This document shows, in pieces, positions 10,776 through 19,347 of a stretch of DNA of 30,574 nt. The notes below the pieces were generated by a model that did not search any database, was not told the DNA's origin, and saw nothing but the letters and a program-made list of their open reading frames with translations. This stretch comes from a virus (taxonomy: Duplodnaviria; Caudoviricetes). Within the stretch, counting starts at the first letter, position 1, and the number at the start of each line of letters is the position of its first letter. The stretch lies in IMG/VR virus record IMGVR_UViG_3300032118_003131, positions 1 to 30,574 of that record, one strand, 5' to 3'. A program made the translations under genes and the position numbers.

Positions 10776-11681
10776 ATGGCAACAGGAAATTATGGAACGA
10801 TAAGACCAGCGGATGTTAGTCCTGAAGATGTGCAGATTGTAATGGTCTACACTGAATCAAGAGATGACACGCAAAACTTTACATTAACAACGCTTAATTC
10901 TCAAGATGTATTGAGACCATATTTTAACAACGCAAATACTGGTGGTAGCTCGGTAGAAATTTTGGGTGGTTTATATAATTTAAAATTACCTGCGGATCAA
11001 TTCACTAAATTGGGAATTTACACCCTTATGATTAGACCTGCAGAAATCAGAACAATAATCACAGATTGTGGTGTTTTATCTTCATTGCCAAATGTTAAAG
11101 GTATTGTAATTGATTTAAATAATGTGCCAACAGAATATAAAAACAAATTTGTTAACCAAGGTTTGGTTGGATTTAGAATTGAGTATTTAAATCCTGACGG
11201 CACTAAAATACCTAATTTCTTTAGAATAATCACATCGTGTTTTTATTGTGAACCAGTTGTCCAAAATTTGACCAATACAATTCAAAAATCTATAAGATAT
11301 AGGTATGTTGAGGGAGCAACCAATTTAATTTATTGTACTGTGTCACCTTCATCATCACCAACAAACAAACCAAGTGCGACTCCGTATATTGGACAACCAA
11401 ATCAAAGTATTGTTATAACAAATACTTATTTTAACCCCATTACAACTGAAATTGAAATTGTTGATCAAGATATATCAACACTTGCAATTGCGCTTTATGG
11501 CAATCAAACTAAATCAATTGAAGACGGTATCTACACTATTTATGATGCGAATAACAATATTTACAAACAATACAATTTGTACGAAATCAAAGATCAGTTC
11601 AATACACTTCTTTATGAAGTTAGACAGGATCGTGGTGAAAATATCGACTTCTCTAAGGCTTTTAATAATATAACCGTTTAA
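10776..11681 (+). CDS. Hypothetical structural protein (baseplate module)
   Basis: 301-aa ORF coupled by TAATG to the wedge-like gene downstream; no family recognised. Confidence 0.55.
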   Translation: MATGNYGTIRPADVSPEDVQIVMVYTESRDDTQNFTLTTLNSQDVLRPYFNNANTGGSSVEILGGLYNLKLPADQFTKLGIYTLMIRPAEIRTIITDCGVLSSLPNVKGIVIDLNNVPTEYKNKFVNQGLVGFRIEYLNPDGTKIPNFFRIITSCFYCEPVVQNLTNTIQKSIRYRYVEGATNLIYCTVSPSSSPTNKPSATPYIGQPNQSIVITNTYFNPITTEIEIVDQDISTLAIALYGNQTKSIEDGIYTIYDANNNIYKQYNLYEIKDQFNTLLYEVRQDRGENIDFSKAFNNITV

Positions 11682-14668
11682 TGGCTATAAATAAATTTAC
11701 TTGTCCACCACAAAGTAGTGCGGTCAATCAGTTTTCAAATAACTTGGTTGGCGTTCAGTTAGTTACTGGCGGAGGTTTAACGCAGGCAAATTTTAACTTT
11801 ACAACAGGAATTAGCGAAAAACAAAATCGCACATTCAACATTGGAACATTCTCAGAACCAATTAACTTGGAGTCTATTAATATTGAAAACAATGTTGAGT
11901 CTGCAGATATTTTAGCAAACAATTATAGAGTTTACCCAAATTATGATTTATCTCAAGTTACTAACTTTACCGAATATGGGTCTCTTGTTAAAAGAATGTC
12001 AGTGTCAATTACTAAAATTCTTAATTATTTTCCCGCTGGTTTAGAGATTAATCCAAAGACACCAAAGTTTATAACACAACAAACAGCAATTAACATTTCT
12101 TATGATCCTATAGATAATGACACTACATTTGAGGTGTATGTTTCCTCAATACAGAATCCATTTGAAATTGATTATACCGAAAATGCGGCAACAAACATGA
12201 TGTTTAATGAGTTTGAAATTTCTACATTAAGAAATATGACACTCAATTATAAAAAATATATTTTATACTTAAACAATCAACAATATCCTGTAAACTATTT
12301 ATATCCAACGACAACTGGATCTACCACACTTAAATTAATTGTTGACGGGAATCCATTTAGTAGTGGAAGTTTTTCAAATGATTATTTGGTTATTAGACCA
12401 AGCGATTATGAGGCAAATAAAGTTTACAATTTAAACTTAGATCAAGTTGAAAATTTTCTTTTAAATAGAGAAGTAACACCACCTTATACTTCACAATTTT
12501 ATGTACCAAGGGAACAAGAAAACGGTACTTATATTATTACAAAAGAACTTGTCACTTGGCCAAGAGCGGGTCTTTGGAATTTAGATATTAGATCAATTAG
12601 TTTTGATAATTATTTAACCCAAATTAATGATTTTTCTGCTAAATTAGACGAATATAATACAAACATTATTTCTAGATTTTTAACAACAGGAGCATTAAAA
12701 GATTTCGATACTCCTGATCAAAAGTTTGAAAAGTTATTACAGATATATGGTAGAAGTTTTGATGAGACAAAATCATTCATAAGCGCATTAAGTAATATGA
12801 ACAGTGTTCATTACAATATTGGGAATGATATACCATCTCAATTACTTAAAAATTTAGCACAAACATTAGGTTGGGTAACAAATTTCTCTCCAATATCACA
12901 AGAAGAATTATTACAGGCAGTTTTCACAACACAACCAAATACTTTTACTGGATTACAAATAGGTCAAACCCCTGAACAAATTAATTATCAGTTTTATAGA
13001 AATTTAATTTTAAATTCGGCATACCTTTTTAAATCTAAAGGAACAAGAAAGTCTATTGAGGCTTTATTGAGAATGGTTGGGGCACCAGATGCTTTAATTG
13101 AATTTAATGAGTATATATATGTTGCTGACCAAAGAATTAATATGGTCGAGTTTAATCAACAATTTGTTGAGATAAGTACAGGTAATGTTGTACAACAACT
13201 TCCTGTTTTACAAACAACAAATGTTTTTTCAATTCAAGGAGTTCAATATACAGGATTTACCACATTCTCAACTAACTTTACGGTAACAACAACAAGAAAT
13301 GATTACCCTGTGGATGTCTTTGGATGTCCACAAATGCCAATCGCAACCGAAAGTTTTTTCTTCCAAATAGGAGGAGGTTGGTATGAGTCAACACCACAAC
13401 ACAGAATGCCTGAGTTTGCAATACCTACGAATCAAGTATTCACAGGAAATAATCCAGATTATCAAACAAAACTTTTACCATTCAATTACGGGGAAGAATA
13501 CCTATACAGATATAGATATTTCCCATACATGGATTTGGGTTATAAATTAAGAAAAATTGCTGACAACAAAAAAAGTTGGGTTGACACAAATCCTTTTTTA
13601 AGAACAAGTTTTGATGGTAACTTTAATGCTTATTATACTGTTGGCGAAGAGTGTTTAACTTTAAATGTTAAGAATGTTGACATTATGTTAAATCCTGGTC
13701 AAGGTTTGGCATATGATGTTTGGTATATGTCAAGAAACACCAATTTCCCAATCCCCGAACAAGGATTATTTTATACGCCTCCTTCACCATGTTATGTACC
13801 TAACCCATACCCTAAATTAGGTGGTGTGGATTGGACAACAATAGTACCAAAACCAAAACAAAAAACATTCTTTGAATTTGCACAGACATTTTGGAGAAAC
13901 ATGATTAACACCCGAAATAGACAATTTATTACGGATGGTAAGACAGGTGGGTACCCAACATTACAATCAATATATTGGAATTATTTAGAGTCACAAACTT
14001 TAGCCGGTATACCAAATGATAATTTTACTTATCAAACCATGATCGACTTTGTAAATGGTATGGGCGATTATTGGATTAGGCTTGTTGAACAAATGGTTCC
14101 TGCAACAACAATTTGGAATACGGGAGTTAGATTAGAAAACTCAATTTTCCACAGACAAAAATTTGTATGGAGAAGACAAGAAGGATGTAAATTTGTACCT
14201 GTTCCGTGTAAACCTTGTAATCTTACAACACAACTTTATGTGTTGGATTGCCCGACACAACAAGTTACATGTCCAATATATCCTTGGGAATCAGATCCTA
14301 ATATGACAAATTTTGGAACTGTTTTAAATGATTTATTAAATAGTTATTTCACATCAGTTGGATTAAACCCAACAAATTGTCAAGTTAATACGGTACAATC
14401 AACTTGGTTTGTTGACGTTAGAGTAAATGGTTCTATTTTAACTCAATACGAATTTTTCATTGGTGTAGGAACAGTACAATACCCAACACCAACACAATGG
14501 TTAACGGCATTAGAGGAAACATTCCAAAGTTTACAAACATACGGTTATGGTTATAATATTGATACCACAGATAATCAAATTGTTGTATTTAATAATAACT
14601 GTCAACCTAACTTTGACGAATTACAGATCAATGTAGGAATAAATTTTAATGTATATTGTAACGGATAA
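11681..14668 (+). CDS. Baseplate wedge protein, T4 gp7 / P2 gpI-like
   Basis: 995 aa; IPSQLLKNLAQTLGW followed by AYLFKSKGTRKSIEALLRMVG resembles the gpI/gp7 core (LLxxLA...W; KGTxxxI); later LVEQMVPATT. Confidence 0.7.
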   Translation: MAINKFTCPPQSSAVNQFSNNLVGVQLVTGGGLTQANFNFTTGISEKQNRTFNIGTFSEPINLESINIENNVESADILANNYRVYPNYDLSQVTNFTEYGSLVKRMSVSITKILNYFPAGLEINPKTPKFITQQTAINISYDPIDNDTTFEVYVSSIQNPFEIDYTENAATNMMFNEFEISTLRNMTLNYKKYILYLNNQQYPVNYLYPTTTGSTTLKLIVDGNPFSSGSFSNDYLVIRPSDYEANKVYNLNLDQVENFLLNREVTPPYTSQFYVPREQENGTYIITKELVTWPRAGLWNLDIRSISFDNYLTQINDFSAKLDEYNTNIISRFLTTGALKDFDTPDQKFEKLLQIYGRSFDETKSFISALSNMNSVHYNIGNDIPSQLLKNLAQTLGWVTNFSPISQEELLQAVFTTQPNTFTGLQIGQTPEQINYQFYRNLILNSAYLFKSKGTRKSIEALLRMVGAPDALIEFNEYIYVADQRINMVEFNQQFVEISTGNVVQQLPVLQTTNVFSIQGVQYTGFTTFSTNFTVTTTRNDYPVDVFGCPQMPIATESFFFQIGGGWYESTPQHRMPEFAIPTNQVFTGNNPDYQTKLLPFNYGEEYLYRYRYFPYMDLGYKLRKIADNKKSWVDTNPFLRTSFDGNFNAYYTVGEECLTLNVKNVDIMLNPGQGLAYDVWYMSRNTNFPIPEQGLFYTPPSPCYVPNPYPKLGGVDWTTIVPKPKQKTFFEFAQTFWRNMINTRNRQFITDGKTGGYPTLQSIYWNYLESQTLAGIPNDNFTYQTMIDFVNGMGDYWIRLVEQMVPATTIWNTGVRLENSIFHRQKFVWRRQEGCKFVPVPCKPCNLTTQLYVLDCPTQQVTCPIYPWESDPNMTNFGTVLNDLLNSYFTSVGLNPTNCQVNTVQSTWFVDVRVNGSILTQYEFFIGVGTVQYPTPTQWLTALEETFQSLQTYGYGYNIDTTDNQIVVFNNNCQPNFDELQINVGINFNVYCNG

Positions 14669-17466
14669 TGAGTATATTAGTAAATAGTTATGGATTCACT
14701 GGTGATTGTAGTAATACATCGATAGGAGCCGTCATATTTAATGTAACGGGCACCACACCTCCATTTGCGGTTACTTGTTTAAATTCATCATTACCGCCAA
14801 GTTCAGCATTAACAGCTCCTTTTTATAGTTATGAGGCAACTGGTTTATCAGGTGACACTTATTTTTTACAAATAATTGACGGAGCTTCAAACGGAACTAT
14901 ATTAAGTGTTTATATATCTTCAGGTACTTCCGCTAGTATTGACTCAACAAATACAACTTGTGGGTTTGATAATGGTAGTGTAACAGGATTTACCTCAGGT
15001 GTTTATGGATATGCAAGTTTTGCAATATATGATGGGTCAGACAATTACATTACCTCAGCGTCAACATCTAACAGTTTTTATGACTTCCAAAGTCTATCCG
15101 CAGGAACATATTATGTTGTCGCAGACGATGGTGGTGGATGTACGGGCATTACCGCTTCTGTTATTATTAACCCGTCAAACGCATTCACATATAGTGGATA
15201 TGTTGTAAATGATGGTAGTTGTATTGGAACACCAAGTGGAAAAATATTTTTAACAGGATTAACATTACCGGTCTCAGCATACTCAATAAATTGGTTAACA
15301 AATGTTAATGGACAAACAGGGGCAACAATTACAGGTTTAACTAGTGGGTCATATGTTGTTGAAATAACTAATCCAGATAGTTGTGTAACTTCTAATACTT
15401 TTACTGTTCAGTCTGTGGACCCAATAGGTTCTGCGGGATTTATTGTATTTAATCAACCAAGTTGTTTTCAAAATGACGGGTCTGTTGAGTTTATAGTTTC
15501 TGGAGGAACTGCGCCGTATTTTTTTAGTGCGTCTACAGGGCAAGTTGAAATAACATTTGACCAATCGGCAATCTTTACAAATTTAGCATCAGGGACATAT
15601 AATTTTTCAGTTACAGACGCAGGTCTTTGTACCATATATGATTCAATTTCACTAATAACACCAAACTCATTTAGTACCGTACAAGTAAATACAACACCAT
15701 CTTACTGTTCTGTCAATGACGGAACAATACAAGTTATAGTTGATAACGGATTTTCAAATCAAGCTAATTTATTAATTACTATATCAGGACAATCAGGTAC
15801 CCAACAAATAGGTACTTTGGGCAATTCGGTTCAGACATTTTTTGGTTTACCTAACGATACTTATTTGGTTACAGTATCTACCGTAGGTTGTGTTTATACC
15901 GCAACTACAAGTGTTAGTTCTGTAAATCTTTACACAGTTACAGCGGCAACCACAGGGACTACATGTGGATCTACAAACGGAGTTTTACAAGTTACCGTTT
16001 CAACAGGGGGGACTCTTCCATATATTTTTACATTAGTTGGGCCAAGTCAAAATCCTGGAACTATAACAACAGCTATAAGTACATTCTCCAATTTGGACTA
16101 TGGAAATTATGTTTTAACGGTACAAGATTCAAGTACCCCAAATTGTATACAAAGTTATGCAATTTATATTGACCAAAGTCAAAATGTATTTTTTAATTAT
16201 ATAACTTCTCAACCTATTAATGGAAACGATGGGTCAATATCTTCTTACATAACTCAAGGTGAGCCACCATTCACATATACATGGACTGGTGGAAACGCAG
16301 CGTCTCAAACAGGAAACACCGCAACAGGACTAACATCGGGGATTTATACCCTTACGGTTACGGATTCAGACGGATGTACTTTAATTAAACAAATAAGATT
16401 AAGTGGAACTATAAGGTACTCAAACTACAGATATTTCAATATTTGCCAAGATAATTTCCAAGATAGTGGTTTTATCGGTCCAAGAAATATTAGATCAATG
16501 TATCTTGAAGGTTATGCTGATTTAACAAGTGGGGATACTAATTGTATAATTAATGATGCAACATTTTCAATATTTGCAGAAGTAGGGAGTCAATCTGCTC
16601 AAACCATATTTTATACTTCATCAGGATCAACAGACTATCCTTCAGATGTTTTATGGGCACAAACAATTATAGATACATTAGATTCTTTTGTTGGTATATC
16701 GGGAACAACAGTTGATATAACAAATAATAGAATTAAAATACAAACTACTTGTCAAGATGTACCAAAAGGTTGTATTGTTGAACCAATAAACCCTTTGCAA
16801 GACACACAAGTTATTGTGAATCTTGTTATTGACTATGACATCGCTTGTGTTTCATGTACTCCAGTAACACCAATACCAACGCCAACACCAACACCAACAA
16901 CACCATACGCATACGCAAACGCAATACCTTGTGGTGTAGGGGCGAATGAAATAATAAGTATACCGTCAATATATCAAAATTTGGATATACTATATGTCGT
17001 TGGAGCGACTAATGGTGGTTGTTATATAATTACCAGCCCCACATTAGGACCATCAACTATCGTTTGGAATGGTTTAGTTTATGGTACGGGAGCTGATTGT
17101 GATACATGCCCGTCACCAACACCAACACCAACTAATACTCCAACCGTAACTAAAACGCCAACCGTAACACCAACAGTAACTAAAACACCAACCGTAACAC
17201 CAACCGTAACTAAAACACCAACCGTAACACCAACCATAACACCAACAAGTGGAGACAAATGGTTAGTTTTTGATTGTTGCGGATGTGCTTCAAATATTAT
17301 TTTAATATTACCTCCAGGAACTATTGCGGGTCAAAGAGTAGTTTACAATAATAATTGTTGGACCACAGTTTCAACATCTGTTGGGTCACCCGTTGGAGCC
17401 GGAGTTACTTTTGTGGGCACAAATAGTTGTGCAGCATGTATTGCGGTATATGGTTGTCCTTGTTAG
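14668..17466 (+). CDS. SprB-repeat fibre/adhesin-like virion protein with Pro-Thr stalks and Cys-rich C-terminal modules
   Basis: 932 aa; repeated C..NDGS....GGT.PY.F...G.Y...V.D..GC units (e.g. SCFQNDGSVEFIVSGGTAPYFFS, GIYTLTVTDSDGC); PTPTPT and PTVTKT tracts; no signal peptide visible. Confidence 0.7.
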   Translation: MSILVNSYGFTGDCSNTSIGAVIFNVTGTTPPFAVTCLNSSLPPSSALTAPFYSYEATGLSGDTYFLQIIDGASNGTILSVYISSGTSASIDSTNTTCGFDNGSVTGFTSGVYGYASFAIYDGSDNYITSASTSNSFYDFQSLSAGTYYVVADDGGGCTGITASVIINPSNAFTYSGYVVNDGSCIGTPSGKIFLTGLTLPVSAYSINWLTNVNGQTGATITGLTSGSYVVEITNPDSCVTSNTFTVQSVDPIGSAGFIVFNQPSCFQNDGSVEFIVSGGTAPYFFSASTGQVEITFDQSAIFTNLASGTYNFSVTDAGLCTIYDSISLITPNSFSTVQVNTTPSYCSVNDGTIQVIVDNGFSNQANLLITISGQSGTQQIGTLGNSVQTFFGLPNDTYLVTVSTVGCVYTATTSVSSVNLYTVTAATTGTTCGSTNGVLQVTVSTGGTLPYIFTLVGPSQNPGTITTAISTFSNLDYGNYVLTVQDSSTPNCIQSYAIYIDQSQNVFFNYITSQPINGNDGSISSYITQGEPPFTYTWTGGNAASQTGNTATGLTSGIYTLTVTDSDGCTLIKQIRLSGTIRYSNYRYFNICQDNFQDSGFIGPRNIRSMYLEGYADLTSGDTNCIINDATFSIFAEVGSQSAQTIFYTSSGSTDYPSDVLWAQTIIDTLDSFVGISGTTVDITNNRIKIQTTCQDVPKGCIVEPINPLQDTQVIVNLVIDYDIACVSCTPVTPIPTPTPTPTTPYAYANAIPCGVGANEIISIPSIYQNLDILYVVGATNGGCYIITSPTLGPSTIVWNGLVYGTGADCDTCPSPTPTPTNTPTVTKTPTVTPTVTKTPTVTPTVTKTPTVTPTITPTSGDKWLVFDCCGCASNIILILPPGTIAGQRVVYNNNCWTTVSTSVGSPVGAGVTFVGTNSCAACIAVYGCPC
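17141..17230 (+). repeat. 3 x 30-bp tandem repeat encoding PTVTKTPTVT
   Basis: Units caaccgtaactaaaac(g/a)ccaaccgtaacac start at 17141, 17171 and 17201, with 1-2 mismatches between copies. Confidence 0.9.
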
Positions 17467-17512
17467 CATTAGTCTTTGTGGTTAAAAATATAATCGTTGG
17501 GTATTTAAATAT

Positions 17513-18313
17513 ATGAATAACATTACAATATCCTCAATAACGGGTTTAATACCCCCATTTAGCGCATATTGTTGTGATTATTATGGAAATCAATGTTCAT
17601 ATGTCGGTAGTGGAACTACAGTACCCATTACATTTACATTAACACCACAATTTGTTTCGGCTCCATCAGTTAATATAACATTGATCGATTCAATAGGGTG
17701 TCAAAAAGTTGAAACCGTTATTTGTGGGTTAATAGTTCCAACACCAACAGTTACTCCAAGTAATAGTGCAACACCTGCGGTTACACCAACAAACACAGAG
17801 ACACCAACAAATACTAATACTTCTACACCTACAAACACTAATACTCCTACAACAACTAATACTGAAACACCAACACCAACACCAACACCTACGCCAAGTG
17901 GTACAATGTTAAATAATTATTTTGCAACTAGATGTGGGAGTGGTGCTGAGATTGAAATTATTGATTTGAGTTTATTAACAGGATTCACAGGAAATACTTT
18001 CTTAAGTAGTAATGGTCTTTGTATGTTTGCAGTAGATTCCCCAACAACAAGTGCCGCAACAATAACACCACTATTACAATTTACAGGTGGATCATCGTGT
18101 CTTGATTGTTTAACGGGAGGTTGTGTTAATTGGGAAGTATCTAATTCGGGGTCAGCAGGACAAATATCATTTACGCCTTGTTGTGGTGAGTCAAAAACAA
18201 GTCCATATAATTTGGCGCCTTATGAATTTACTAATATTTGTTCAACCACTCAACCAATTGTTTTAAGTGGGTTGGTAGGAATAAGTAATCAAGGTATTTG
18301 CCCTGGTTGTTAA
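17513..18313 (+). CDS. Small Pro-Thr stalk protein with Cys-rich modules (putative virion decoration/fibre)
   Basis: 266 aa: ~70-aa N-terminal Cys domain, ~55-aa P/T/N linker, then two Cys-rich modules ending NQGICPGC. Confidence 0.65.
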   Translation: MNNITISSITGLIPPFSAYCCDYYGNQCSYVGSGTTVPITFTLTPQFVSAPSVNITLIDSIGCQKVETVICGLIVPTPTVTPSNSATPAVTPTNTETPTNTNTSTPTNTNTPTTTNTETPTPTPTPTPSGTMLNNYFATRCGSGAEIEIIDLSLLTGFTGNTFLSSNGLCMFAVDSPTTSAATITPLLQFTGGSSCLDCLTGGCVNWEVSNSGSAGQISFTPCCGESKTSPYNLAPYEFTNICSTTQPIVLSGLVGISNQGICPGC

Positions 18314-18349
18314 ATTCACTTACAAAAAATAATATCTATAATTTTTTTA

Positions 18350-19330
18350 ATGAAAAATATATTATTTGTAACAGCACAACCTGATGTACCATACTTTATT
18401 TGGCAAATAAAATTATATGTACATAATTTTATTGAGAAGGGAATTGACCCAAATCAAATACATGTTGTTTTTAGTATTGTACATCGAAATGAAACACCAT
18501 CTGAAGAATCTTTAAAACTAAAAGATTTTGGTATTAATGTTCATCATTTCTCTGATTTTAGAAGAAAAAAACACTACATACCATCTATAAAACCATTTCT
18601 TATTGCAAGTTGGTTAAAAACAAATCCTGATTACAAAAAATTATTTTTCCTTCACGATGCTGACATTATTTTTAGGGAACTACCAAATTTTGATCAGTTG
18701 TTAAATGATGAGGTAATTTATTTATCCGATACCGTTGGGTATATTGGTTATGATTATATTATTGATTGTTGTAACCGATATGAAATACAACATCCAAAAT
18801 CAGAAAAAAACCAACTAATAAATGAAATGGCAAATGTTATTGGTTTAGATGTTGAACTAATAAAAGAAAACCGTAAAAATGCGGGAGGAGGTCAGTACTT
18901 AATTAAAAATACCGATGCAGATTTGTGGGATAAAATATATAGAGATTCTACTTTGTTATATGATCAAATGTTAGACTACCAAAAAAGGTTTCCGATTTCA
19001 CCAGGTGAAATTCAGTTTTGGACCGCAGAAATGTGGAGTTTACTTTGGAATCTTTGGTTACATGGATACAAAACAGAAATAACAAAAGAGTTAGATTTTT
19101 CTTGGGCAACAGATAGTATTGAGATATACAAAAAACGACCTATCTTACATATGGCAGGAGTAACAGACGACATGAAAAATAGAAAATTTTATAAAGGCAA
19201 ATTTATTAATATTGACCCAATTCAAAAATTAAAAGAGGATCCTAATTTTTTTGATTTTGTTGAAAATACAAGTTCAACGGTGAAATACATAGATAATATG
19301 AAATCATACATAAAAAAATACGAAAGTTGA
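18350..19330 (+). CDS. GT-A fold glycosyltransferase resembling peptidyl-Ser/Hyp O-glycosyltransferases (GT96/GT95-like)
   Basis: 326 aa; DxD motif after a hydrophobic strand (LFFLHDADIIFR); ordered motifs YFIWQ, YIPSIKP..IASWL, GGGQYLI, WTAEMW, PILH. Lys/Glu-rich soluble composition unlike its neighbours. Confidence 0.75.
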   Translation: MKNILFVTAQPDVPYFIWQIKLYVHNFIEKGIDPNQIHVVFSIVHRNETPSEESLKLKDFGINVHHFSDFRRKKHYIPSIKPFLIASWLKTNPDYKKLFFLHDADIIFRELPNFDQLLNDEVIYLSDTVGYIGYDYIIDCCNRYEIQHPKSEKNQLINEMANVIGLDVELIKENRKNAGGGQYLIKNTDADLWDKIYRDSTLLYDQMLDYQKRFPISPGEIQFWTAEMWSLLWNLWLHGYKTEITKELDFSWATDSIEIYKKRPILHMAGVTDDMKNRKFYKGKFINIDPIQKLKEDPNFFDFVENTSSTVKYIDNMKSYIKKYES

Positions 19331-19331
19331 T

Positions 19332-19338
19332 TATTTAT
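19332..19338 (+). promoter_or_regulatory. TATTTAT motif, putative late promoter element
   Basis: In the 17-nt gap, 9 nt before the ATG at 19348. Confidence 0.45.
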
Positions 19339-19347
19339 TGTAAGTAA

